A stretch of 64,000 bases of DNA from Candidatus Marinacidobacterales bacterium (GTDB lineage: Bacteria; Acidobacteriota; Vicinamibacteria; Marinacidobacterales; DATDRI01). The stretch covers positions 4,128,001-4,192,000 of the forward strand of contig OZ245365.1 in NCBI GenBank assembly GCA_965226495.1, read 5' to 3'. Positions 10,342 through 18,901 of this stretch are shown piece after piece (position 1 is the first letter of the stretch; every line of letters begins with the position of its first letter). Below the pieces are notes generated by a model. The model was given only the letters and a program-made list of their open reading frames with translations, was not told the DNA's origin and ran no database searches. The translations under genes were made by a program, and so were the position numbers.

Positions 10342-11232
10342 TTGACGACGCCGGGAACGCCCGTAAGTGATGATCGCGACAAGCTCGATCTCTCCTTTGA
10401 GTTCTATCCTCCTAAGACCGAGAAAGGCGAAAAGGCCCTCGCCAAGACCGTCGACCGCCTCGCTCAGCTGAATCCGGACTTCGTCTCGGTCACGTTTGGC
10501 GCCGGCGGCAGCGTGCGGGAAGGGACGTTTCAAACCTGCCTCAGCATCGCCAAACAATCAGGACTCACCGCCGCGCCCCATATATCTTGCGTGGGCTCAA
10601 CCAAGGTGATTCTAGGGAATTACCTCGAACGCTATCGAGACGCCGGCTTCAACAGCCTATTCGTCTTGCGGGGAGACGTTCCGAGTGACAAGTCGACGTC
10701 ACGAATCGGCGATTTCTCGCACGCCAACGAACTGGTCGCCTTCGTCAAGGACTTCGGAGGCTTCAAGATCAACGTCGCGTGTTATCCTGAGTTTCATCCG
10801 GAGTCTTCGGATCCGCGAAAGGACCTTGAGCACTTCGTCCGCAAGGTGGACGCTGGAGCAGATGTCGCGGTCACTCAGTATTTCTTCAACAACGCTTCCT
10901 ACTACCGCTTCGTCGAGGATGTACGTCGCATGGGCGTCAAGATCCCCATCGTGGTCGGCTTGATGCCCATCGTGAACTTTGCGCAGATAGCCAGCTTTTC
11001 CGAGAAGTGCGGCGCCGATTTGCCTCTTTGGATACGCAAACGCATGGAGGTCTACCAGGACGACCCGCGGTCACAGCTCGAGCTGGGCGTCGAGATCGCC
11101 ACGCAACAGGCGGAGGATCTCTTGCGAAATGGAGCCCCCGGAATGCACTTCTACACCCTCAACAAGGCCGAAGCCTCGGTTCGCATCTGGGAGCAGCTAG
11201 GCTTACCCAAGTCTCGAACACCTCAAGGGTAA
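10342..11232 (+). CDS. metF: 5,10-methylenetetrahydrofolate reductase
   Basis: SFEFYPPK, FVSVTFGAGG, LRGD, YPEFHP, TQYFF, HFYTLN; TTG start uncertain. Confidence 0.94.
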   Translation: MTTPGTPVSDDRDKLDLSFEFYPPKTEKGEKALAKTVDRLAQLNPDFVSVTFGAGGSVREGTFQTCLSIAKQSGLTAAPHISCVGSTKVILGNYLERYRDAGFNSLFVLRGDVPSDKSTSRIGDFSHANELVAFVKDFGGFKINVACYPEFHPESSDPRKDLEHFVRKVDAGADVAVTQYFFNNASYYRFVEDVRRMGVKIPIVVGLMPIVNFAQIASFSEKCGADLPLWIRKRMEVYQDDPRSQLELGVEIATQQAEDLLRNGAPGMHFYTLNKAEASVRIWEQLGLPKSRTPQG

Positions 11233-11276
11233 CTGCGCGTCTGTGATAGACTGACCGCTCGAATTTGCACGGATGA

Positions 11277-11517
11277 GAGCCTTCAGCCCGCGCGGAGCCT
11301 TCAGCTGCCCGCGCAGCGCGAAGCGCGCAGCAGCCCGGCGACGGGGGTGGGGCCCCAGGCCATTGTTAGGAGCCTTCAGCCCGCGCGCAGTCGCCTGCCG
11401 ACGGAGCGCGAGGCCTGGGGGTGGGACCCCAGGCCATTGTTAGGAGCCTTCAGCTGCCGCGCAGCGCGAAGCGCGCAGCAGCCCGGCGACGGGGGTGGGG
11501 CCCCAGGCCATTAATAG
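11277..11517. repeat. Tandem array of ~74-bp units built on REP family A (BIME-like)
   Basis: 38-bp constant GGGGGTGGGGCCCCAGGCCATTGTTAGGAGCCTTCAGC at 11343-11380, 11417-11454 (one mismatch) and partially 11491-11512, separated by 36-37 bp linkers in A-B-A order. Confidence 0.9.
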
Positions 11518-11527
11518 AGGAGATCAA

Positions 11528-11959
11528 ATGAAAATCGCTACCATCGCTACCAACCGCGGAACCATTCGCCTACAGCTCCACGAGGATAAGACCCCTCGTA
11601 CGGTCGCCAACTTCGAAAAGCTCGTCGGCGACGGCTTCTACAACAAACTCACATTTCATCGAGTGCTCCCCGATTTCATGGTTCAGGCGGGCTGTCCGGA
11701 GGGTACCGGAACCGGCGGTCCAGGCTATACCTTCGAGGACGAGTTTCATTCCGATCTCAAGCACACCGGCCCAGGCGTGCTCTCGATGGCCAATGCCGGC
11801 CCCAACACCAACGGCTCTCAGTTCTTCATCACTCACGTACCAACGCCTTGGCTCGACGGCAAGCATTCCGTCTTCGGTCAGGTGCTTTCGGGCCAAGACG
11901 TCGTGGATGCGGTACAACAAGGAGACGTGATGGAGAGCATTACCATCAGCGAAGAATGA
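11528..11959 (+). CDS. Cyclophilin-type peptidyl-prolyl cis-trans isomerase
   Basis: [41 protein letters not shown]; ATG 11528 after GAGGAG. Confidence 0.95.
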   Translation: MKIATIATNRGTIRLQLHEDKTPRTVANFEKLVGDGFYNKLTFHRVLPDFMVQAGCPEGTGTGGPGYTFEDEFHSDLKHTGPGVLSMANAGPNTNGSQFFITHVPTPWLDGKHSVFGQVLSGQDVVDAVQQGDVMESITISEE

Positions 11960-12013
11960 GACATTCCGTTTCGCTTTAGGGTCCGCCCCTTCCCAATCCT
12001 AGAGCAGCCTTCC

Positions 12014-13435
12014 ATGGAAACGCAGAGCCAGAGCCTGAACACCCATCAGAAAGCCCTCCGCGTCAACCTCGACAGCAACAAGTACGGAACCTTTGCCGAG
12101 ATCGGCGCCGGACAAGAAGTAGCACGCTGGTTCTTCAGAGTCGGAGGAGCCTCGGGAACGATCGCCAAGACCATCAGCGCCTATGACATGGCGTTCAGTG
12201 ATGCGATTTACGGGACCGCCGATCGTTACGTCAGTCGAAGCCGGTTGGTAGCCATGCTGGATCACGAGTATCGGCTGCTCGAAGAGCGGTTGCGAAATAA
12301 GCGGGGAGAGAACTCCCAGTTCTTTGTCTTTGCCGACACCATCGCCGCCAGCAGTTATTCGAGACGAGGTGCCGGAAACGGCTGGCTTGGCGTGCGCTGC
12401 TTGATGCAGCCTGGAACCACTCCCTCTGAAATCATCATCCACGTGCGGCTTTTGGACAAAGACAACTTGCGGCAACAGGAGGCGCTCGGCATCCTGGGCG
12501 TCAACCTCGTCTACGGCGCGTTTTACCTACATCATGATCCGGGGTTACTGCTCGGCTGTTTGCTCGACGGCTTGAGCGAAGAGCGGCTCGAAGTAGATAT
12601 GGCCGCTTTTAGTGGCCCCGCCTTCGGAGATGTGGACAACCGGCTCATGAGCTTGCAGTTGGTTCACCGTGGACTCACCGGAGCCGCCATGTTCAACGCT
12701 CAGGGTGAGGCGGTGCAGCCGGCGGACGTCTTTTACAAGAAGAATGTCTTGGTCGAAAGAGGAAGCTTTCGACCCGTGACCAAGGCCACTGCAGACATGT
12801 TTCAGTGCGCGCAGAAAGCGTTCTTCTCAGAGCCGGACGTGCGTGAGGACGAGACCATCGCCATCGCCGAGTTAACATTGAGAGATCTCGTTCGCAAAGG
12901 AGAGATCGATGACAAGGATTTTCTCGACCGGGCTGATACGCTCGGTGCCTTGGGGGCGACGGTACTCATTTCTCGCTACGGTAGATACTTCCGCCTTGCC
13001 GAGTACCTATTCGGCCTAACCAAGAAGAAAATCGCCATGGTCATGGGTATTCCGAGTCTGCAGGAGGTCTTCCTCGAAAAATACTACGAAGACCTCGGAG
13101 GCGGGATCTTGGAATCCCTTGGACGTCTGTTCAAGAACGAGCTCAAGCTTTACATCTACCCCACCAAGGACGAAGCCACCGGGAAGCTCATCACTGCCGA
13201 GACGCTTCAGGTCGAGCCTCATTTACGGCACCTCTATGCTCATCTCTACGAGAGTCACGGCATCGAAGACCTAGGGGGATGCAACGTGGAATATTTGCCG
13301 ATCTTCCCAGCCGAGGTCATCGAAAAGATTCAAAGCGGAGACGCCTCCTGGCAGGAATTGGTCCCCGACCAAGTCGCCGAGCTGATCAAAGAACGCGGGA
13401 TGTTCTCCTACTCCGCCCCCAGTACAAAGAAGTGA
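12014..13435 (+). CDS. Conserved soluble protein with nucleotidyltransferase-like C-terminal half
   Basis: YGTFAEIGAGQEVARWFF N-terminus and RGSFRPVT motif resembling the NMN/NaMN adenylyltransferase fold; no signal peptide or barrel. Confidence 0.65.
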   Translation: METQSQSLNTHQKALRVNLDSNKYGTFAEIGAGQEVARWFFRVGGASGTIAKTISAYDMAFSDAIYGTADRYVSRSRLVAMLDHEYRLLEERLRNKRGENSQFFVFADTIAASSYSRRGAGNGWLGVRCLMQPGTTPSEIIIHVRLLDKDNLRQQEALGILGVNLVYGAFYLHHDPGLLLGCLLDGLSEERLEVDMAAFSGPAFGDVDNRLMSLQLVHRGLTGAAMFNAQGEAVQPADVFYKKNVLVERGSFRPVTKATADMFQCAQKAFFSEPDVREDETIAIAELTLRDLVRKGEIDDKDFLDRADTLGALGATVLISRYGRYFRLAEYLFGLTKKKIAMVMGIPSLQEVFLEKYYEDLGGGILESLGRLFKNELKLYIYPTKDEATGKLITAETLQVEPHLRHLYAHLYESHGIEDLGGCNVEYLPIFPAEVIEKIQSGDASWQELVPDQVAELIKERGMFSYSAPSTKK

Positions 13436-14238
13436 ACGGAAAGGTTCACTCGACCGATCGAGTTCCCATCCACTATCGCGTCGAGGGCGACGGCACGCTG
13501 GACTTGGTGTTCGTCCACTGTTGGACTTGCGATTGTCGCTTCGGGGAGCAACAGGTGGCCCACTTCGCGAGTCGGCATCGCGTCGTGACCCTTGACCTCG
13601 CCGGCCATGGCCGATCCGGTCGCAATCGCGAGGAATGGACCATGTCCGCGTTTGGCGACGATGTGCGAGCGGTCATCGAGGTCTTGGAGCTAGACCGCAT
13701 CGTTTTGATAGGTCACTCGATGGGCGGGCCGGTCGTCCTGGAGGCGGCGCGTGGGATTCCCGAAGAACGGCTGCTCGGCGTGATCCCTGTCGATTCTCTT
13801 CACGATCTCCGCGAGGCAATGGATTCTTCGACGATCGACGAGCAGCTTCAGAGATTCAGCCACGACTACCAATCGGCGACCGCGCGTCTGGTCCGGGAAG
13901 TACTCTTCCTCCCCTCCTCGAACCCTACGCTCGTGGAGCGGGTCGTTCGAAACGCAACTTCCGCGCCAGAGAGGATCGCGATCTCCGCCTTGCGAAGCGC
14001 TTGGGCCTACGACGCCCAGCAGGCGGCGGCTGAGGTCCGGGCCCCCATCCGAGCCATCAACACCGACCTATTCCCCACGAACGAAGAAGGGAACCAGCAG
14101 CTTTGCCGAGACTATTCAGTTGTGATCATGGAAGGCCTGGGTCACTATCCGATGCTAGAAGATCCAGGAGGCTTCAACCAAGCCCTCGAAGACGTGTTGA
14201 GAGAGCTCGAGACCCGAGCGAACGGAGTCAAGCGATGA
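13432..14238 (+). CDS. Alpha/beta hydrolase
   Basis: LDLAGHGRS, GHSMGG nucleophile elbow, GHYPMLEDP; GTG overlaps the upstream TGA. Confidence 0.9.
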   Translation: MNGKVHSTDRVPIHYRVEGDGTLDLVFVHCWTCDCRFGEQQVAHFASRHRVVTLDLAGHGRSGRNREEWTMSAFGDDVRAVIEVLELDRIVLIGHSMGGPVVLEAARGIPEERLLGVIPVDSLHDLREAMDSSTIDEQLQRFSHDYQSATARLVREVLFLPSSNPTLVERVVRNATSAPERIAISALRSAWAYDAQQAAAEVRAPIRAINTDLFPTNEEGNQQLCRDYSVVIMEGLGHYPMLEDPGGFNQALEDVLRELETRANGVKR

Positions 14239-14618
14239 GATACAGTCTAGCGGCAGGTCTCCTCCTTCTCACCTTGGCTTGCCCCGCTTGCGACGAGGCG
14301 CTCGACCGAAGCTCGACGAAGCAACCTGCCCCGCTGAAGCAGAGTACTGAGGATTCCGGCCAGGTCACGATTAGCGGCAGCTCGACCGGCTCAGAAGGGG
14401 AGTCGATCAAACTGACCGCCAACGTCGCCAACGCCAGAGGGAACTTGGATTACGATTGGAGACTCGACGGACGCGGCTCGCTGGTGAGTCGCCGATCGGA
14501 CCCGAAAAACGCGACGGTGATTGCGTCGACCCCGGGAACCCTCTTTGTCACCGTGACGGTATCCGAAGGCGGCGTCGAGATCGGCAGTGCGCGCCTAACG
14601 CTCCGGATCACCGACTGA
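14235..14618 (+). CDS. Small exported protein/lipoprotein with Ig/PKD-like domain
   Basis: MRYSLAAGLLLLTLAC signal, then beta-rich LDYDW...TVTVS pattern. Confidence 0.6.
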   Translation: MRYSLAAGLLLLTLACPACDEALDRSSTKQPAPLKQSTEDSGQVTISGSSTGSEGESIKLTANVANARGNLDYDWRLDGRGSLVSRRSDPKNATVIASTPGTLFVTVTVSEGGVEIGSARLTLRITD

Positions 14619-16280
14619 CCCTTCGGCCAGCGAAGTCTCTCGCTCGATCCCTACGACGGATTGCCCACCATCCCTGCGCAAATAGACTTCGACCGCCTTG
14701 CCCCAGTTCGGTTCGTCCTCGCTCCGAGTCCGGATGCAGACCATCAGATAGTCGGCGCCGCTGTCCGGCACGCGAAGACTCGGCTCGGCAGACTCATCTC
14801 TCTGACCGAAAGAGGTGAGTTTCGAAGACTGGTTATCGAACACGAACCACTCGTACTCGTAGGCTTGGACCTCAGCCAAGTTGTGCTCTTGGCCGAGATT
14901 TCGAAACTCGAGCGTCGAACCGTCCACACGAAAGTCATCCAGGGGGTTCAGCTGCCGAAAGTAGTGGGCGACCACTTTGTCACGACGCTCGATGATGATA
15001 TCGGCGAGGAAACGTTCCGACTCGGAGTTCAGATAGATCCCACGGTGAACGATGGCACGGATCGCCTCGTCGGAGAAGCGCGCGATGATCTTGGCTGCCC
15101 AGAAGGCATCGTCGGGGAGCATCCGATCGAACGCCGGATTGGGATACTCCGGTTTCCAAGTGTGGGGCTCGAAAAAATCCGCCTCGATGCGTCCGACCTC
15201 GGCGAACTGGGGGTACGCGTACTTCACGTTCATCCAGGGCCGTTCCCACACGCCGAAGGTGTAGGCCGTCTTCAACATCGGCGGGATCTCGAAAAGATAT
15301 TCGTTACCCGCCCGGGGATCCTGAGGCGAGAGGTTCCTCTTGACGTCCGAGCCGCTGCCCAGAATCGAACCGAAGTCGATGAGGTAATGTTTTACGTAGC
15401 CAAGGCCTTCTTCGCCAACAAACGTATCCATCGTGTTGATGCTTCGGGAATCGTCATGATTGAGCCAGGCACAGAAGACCCGGTAGCCGCGAAGCTCCCG
15501 GCGGTGCTGGTGCGGAAAGATGTCGTTGCCATCGTCGCCTCGCGTCCCGTAAAACCTGAACGGCCCCAGAAGCTTACCCGGAAGCATGAGGCTCGCGACG
15601 GCGCGAACGCTGCCATCGGGGTGATGCGCAGCCTGTTGCAGCATCAACTCGACGTACTCCTCGTCGAGCGGCGCCTTCTTGCCGCCGGGAAGAGAAACCT
15701 CGGCACCCGGCTCGATGGCGAAGTCCTCGGACCGAAAATAGACAATGTAGTTCTCCGGCACGTTGAAGCCGAAGGCGTGGAAAAACAATTTGCCGATGAC
15801 GTCCACCGAGGTCGACAAATTGGGATGAGCCCTCGGATCGAATTTGACGAAGTAGATGTTCCCGCGACGGTCTCGAACGATAACACCGGGAGTAATGCCA
15901 CCTTGTTTTCCAGACGTGATCGTCACCGGCTCCGAGAGATCGGGGCGGCCGACTAGGTTCGGCCCTTTGACCAACTCTTCGATGGACATCGTGCGGGCGC
16001 TCATGCGGTTCGTGAACCAGCTCGAGTCGGGGACCTCACCGAGCGTATTGATATTCAGCGCTTTCGGTATGGGCCCCTCGAGCTTGTTCACGAAGGAGTT
16101 TTCCAAAACGTCATAGGTCGGGCTGAGCTCTAGCTCCGCCGGCGCAGGGATCGGGATGTCGTCGCGATCTTCTTTTATCGGATCGTCGGGATAGAACTTC
16201 TGAGCATGGCCGACGCCCGCGTAAAGAAAAATAGCTAGCCCTGCCACTACTACTGGCTGGATGTGACGGACCGATCTCAT
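14595..16280 (-). CDS. Secreted protein with atypical protein-kinase-like fold
   Basis: Signal peptide (..GVGHA/Q); GGITPG, YFVKFD, WLNHDDSRSIN and YLIDFG in kinase order. Confidence 0.7.
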   Translation of the reverse strand: MRSVRHIQPVVVAGLAIFLYAGVGHAQKFYPDDPIKEDRDDIPIPAPAELELSPTYDVLENSFVNKLEGPIPKALNINTLGEVPDSSWFTNRMSARTMSIEELVKGPNLVGRPDLSEPVTITSGKQGGITPGVIVRDRRGNIYFVKFDPRAHPNLSTSVDVIGKLFFHAFGFNVPENYIVYFRSEDFAIEPGAEVSLPGGKKAPLDEEYVELMLQQAAHHPDGSVRAVASLMLPGKLLGPFRFYGTRGDDGNDIFPHQHRRELRGYRVFCAWLNHDDSRSINTMDTFVGEEGLGYVKHYLIDFGSILGSGSDVKRNLSPQDPRAGNEYLFEIPPMLKTAYTFGVWERPWMNVKYAYPQFAEVGRIEADFFEPHTWKPEYPNPAFDRMLPDDAFWAAKIIARFSDEAIRAIVHRGIYLNSESERFLADIIIERRDKVVAHYFRQLNPLDDFRVDGSTLEFRNLGQEHNLAEVQAYEYEWFVFDNQSSKLTSFGQRDESAEPSLRVPDSGADYLMVCIRTRSEDEPNWGKAVEVYLRRDGGQSVVGIERETSLAEGSVGDPER

Positions 16281-16290
16281 TGCCGTCTCC

Positions 16291-17622
16291 TCAGAAAGAC
16301 GCCGACGAACGAAACAGAAAACGCCAGGTTTCATCGCTCCACGCTATATCCATTCTGACGAGCACAGACTGGAAGTTCTTGAAGCGAAGGCCAAAGCCGT
16401 AGTCCCACTTGAGCGTGGAAAAATCCAAACCTCCCCCCGGTGAGGCCACCGTACCGGTATCGGTGAAAAGGGCGAGCTCCCAGATCTGATTCGCCTCCCA
16501 TCGATACTCCAACTGGTAGAGCATCGCCTCCGGCCCTTGGAAGCGGAAGCTATTGAAGCCCCGCAGCGTGTGGCTTCCCCCCAAGGACGGCTGCAGAAAG
16601 AAGGGGACCCGGTTTCGCGCGTCCGCCTCTTGCAGGACCAACGCGGAGCGAAGTGCCAGGACGCGTTGTCGCGATCCGAGCGGGATGAAGGCGCGGGCGT
16701 CCAGCATGAAGGAGTTGAAGTTGAACGACCCCTCGGTGCGATCGTCCCAACGAGTCATAACACCGGCCACGACGAGACCTTTGTGTGGGTTTCCCGGCTC
16801 GTCGCGAAAATCGAGCAAGGCGTTCACGCCGTAACGCAAGTAGTCCGGTGGATTCGACAGACCCGGGGCCGAGAAATCGTTGTAGACCTCCTGGGTGGTG
16901 GGAACGCTACTTTTCGTACCCTCCCCGAGAGAATACTTCCAATAGCCACCGTTGAGAGTCACCGAGAAGTGGCTACCGAACTGGTACCCGTTCCGTATAT
17001 AGAACGCCGTGCTTCGGAGTAGATAGTTCGAACCATCGGTGACGTCGGACTCGGGTCCGATTCCAAAGTAGAGCGTCTGCGGAAGATAACGGTAGCGGAA
17101 CGTACCATAGAGGGTAAAGGGAGGCATTCCTGGCCTTCTCGGATTCGCCAACTGGTAGAGCTCCTCTCCTCTCCAGGCTCGACTCGGAAGCTGCCGCCCG
17201 AAACTAGGAATGAGACCGAATTGGACATCGTAATGCTGATAGCCATGGATCGAATAGAAGGCCGACCCCGAGAGATCGAGAGAAGTCCCCCCGACGTTGC
17301 GCTTCCAATAACGAGTACCGAACCCGATCCCGGAACCCCGCGCGATCCATGCTGCACGTGGATAGAAACCGTGGAAGTTCGATTCTTGAATCGTCGGGGT
17401 CTCGGCCTTGTCGAACCGAATCAAGTTTTTTTCCACTTTGTTCGGCACGTACGGCTGAGGGTGCTTGGCTTTCTCCTGCCGCTTTCTCCGTAGAGCTTCG
17501 GCGCGAGTCTCAGGAGGAGGACCGGCCGAGTCTTCCAACTGTGAGGAGGATGAATCCTCTTGAGCGTAGGCGGGGATTCCGGATACGACCCACGCCAGGC
17601 CTAGCACGAGGAACAAACGCAT
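16291..17622 (-). CDS. Omp85 (BamA/TamA) family outer-membrane beta-barrel without obvious POTRA domains
   Basis: Signal peptide, LGGSHTLRGF loop-6 motif, LFTDTG, GFGLR, C-terminal Phe. Confidence 0.85.
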   Translation of the reverse strand: MRLFLVLGLAWVVSGIPAYAQEDSSSSQLEDSAGPPPETRAEALRRKRQEKAKHPQPYVPNKVEKNLIRFDKAETPTIQESNFHGFYPRAAWIARGSGIGFGTRYWKRNVGGTSLDLSGSAFYSIHGYQHYDVQFGLIPSFGRQLPSRAWRGEELYQLANPRRPGMPPFTLYGTFRYRYLPQTLYFGIGPESDVTDGSNYLLRSTAFYIRNGYQFGSHFSVTLNGGYWKYSLGEGTKSSVPTTQEVYNDFSAPGLSNPPDYLRYGVNALLDFRDEPGNPHKGLVVAGVMTRWDDRTEGSFNFNSFMLDARAFIPLGSRQRVLALRSALVLQEADARNRVPFFLQPSLGGSHTLRGFNSFRFQGPEAMLYQLEYRWEANQIWELALFTDTGTVASPGGGLDFSTLKWDYGFGLRFKNFQSVLVRMDIAWSDETWRFLFRSSASF

Positions 17623-17684
17623 ATTGGGTGATTATGCACAACAAGGCGGGGTTGTGGTAGCTTGTGGTCGATGCGGAGGTAAGA

Positions 17685-18248
17685 ATGAGCACGTTTCCCA
17701 CGTTTTCAAGATGGGTGATCGTTTCCGCAACCTTAGGCGCACTAGTCTTAGCAGGCGGTACGACCGAGGCACAGATCGTCGCCAACCCCGATTTCTCAGG
17801 AGTTTGGGAGCTCGACGACGGCAAGAGTGACGACGCCCCGGAGGCGATTCGCGTCGCGTTGGGTAACACCGGAGGCCGCAGCAGGGACCAGCACCAAAGG
17901 CAGGCGTTATCGAGCCGGCTGAACTACCTGGCTTATGCGTCCGAAACCATAGAGATTGCCCAAACGTCGCAGGATTTCACGCTCATCAATACTGAGGATG
18001 ACGTGCGCATTCATTATATTGACTCAGAGAAGCATACGCGTCAGAGCCCTGGCGGCGAGAGCATGACTACGGTGACGATGTGGAGCGATGACCTGCTGGT
18101 AGCCACGACCGAAGGCGAACAGATCGGAAAAGTCACGGAGACCTTCGGCTACGAGGGCCACCAACTGGTGCATATTGTTCGCATCAAGCACAAGCTGTTC
18201 GGAGAGGACCTCGTCGTTCGAACCTATTACAATCGGCTCGACGATTAG
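17685..18248 (+). CDS. Secreted hypothetical protein
   Basis: GGAGGT RBS, signal peptide, PDFSGVWELD lipocalin-like first strand. Confidence 0.7.
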   Translation: MSTFPTFSRWVIVSATLGALVLAGGTTEAQIVANPDFSGVWELDDGKSDDAPEAIRVALGNTGGRSRDQHQRQALSSRLNYLAYASETIEIAQTSQDFTLINTEDDVRIHYIDSEKHTRQSPGGESMTTVTMWSDDLLVATTEGEQIGKVTETFGYEGHQLVHIVRIKHKLFGEDLVVRTYYNRLDD

Positions 18249-18355
18249 AAAGATTACCAATCGACAAAACCCGACCTGATAACCGCATTGATCTGGACAG
18301 CCTGGCCTGTTAGGATCAGCAGCTTCTATCGCCAGAAACACGGAGGAACAGAAAA

Positions 18356-18835
18356 ATGAGAGTGTTTTGCACGTTTGTGATCGTTTTGGGTTTGACCGCC
18401 GGGCCGGTGTCCGCGCAGTCGAGCGAAGAACAAGTAAGCGATACGACCGGCACGGAGCTCACGCGGTCGGTCATCCAAGCCAAGAAGAAAATGATCGTCG
18501 CAGCCAATGTCGATCTCACCGAAGCGGAAAGCCAGGGGTTCTGGCCGATCTACAACGACTACCAGAACGGAATGCGCAAGAACAACGACCGGATTCTCGC
18601 CCTGATCGAAGATTTCGCCGCGAGCTACGAAACCATGACCGACGCGAAGGCGGAGTCACTGCTCAAAGAGGCGATAGCTATCGAGACCGATGAGCTTGCG
18701 TTGAAGAACTCCTATATGCCCAAGTTCGGTAAAGTGCTTCCGGCGAAGAAACTGGTTCAGTACTACCAGGTCGAGAACAAGCTCAAGGCGATCATCGACT
18801 ACGAGCTGGCCGAGGCTATTCCGCTGGTCAAGTAA
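18356..18835 (+). CDS. Secreted helical protein (Spy/CpxP-like)
   Basis: GGAGG RBS, signal peptide, LTEAESQGFWPIYNDYQ motif. Confidence 0.7.
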   Translation: MRVFCTFVIVLGLTAGPVSAQSSEEQVSDTTGTELTRSVIQAKKKMIVAANVDLTEAESQGFWPIYNDYQNGMRKNNDRILALIEDFAASYETMTDAKAESLLKEAIAIETDELALKNSYMPKFGKVLPAKKLVQYYQVENKLKAIIDYELAEAIPLVK

Positions 18836-18850
18836 GCCTCTTCATCGTTA

Positions 18851-18882
18851 CCCTCACCCTACCCTCTCCCAGAGGGAGAGGG
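18851..18882. repeat. REP-like palindrome, family B (CCCTCACCCTACCCTCTCCC-N3-GGGAGAGGG)
   Basis: Perfect 9-bp stem between convergent genes; near-identical copies at 59837 and 59897. Confidence 0.85.
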
Positions 18883-18901
18883 AACAAAGGATGAAGAGTC
18901 T

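Noticed and set aside
11295-11517. CRISPR array
   Set aside because: Only 2-3 repeats, linkers 1 and 3 nearly identical, repeat core is a dispersed intergenic element, no AT-rich leader and no cas genes in the window
12014-13435. Outer-membrane or TonB-dependent receptor call for this ORF
   Set aside because: No signal peptide, no beta-barrel pattern, no C-terminal aromatic residue
14661-15956. 431-aa + strand ORF and similar long antisense ORFs (e.g. 29065-29811, 38084-38788)
   Set aside because: Shadow frames of well-supported opposite-strand genes in GC-rich DNA; no motifs
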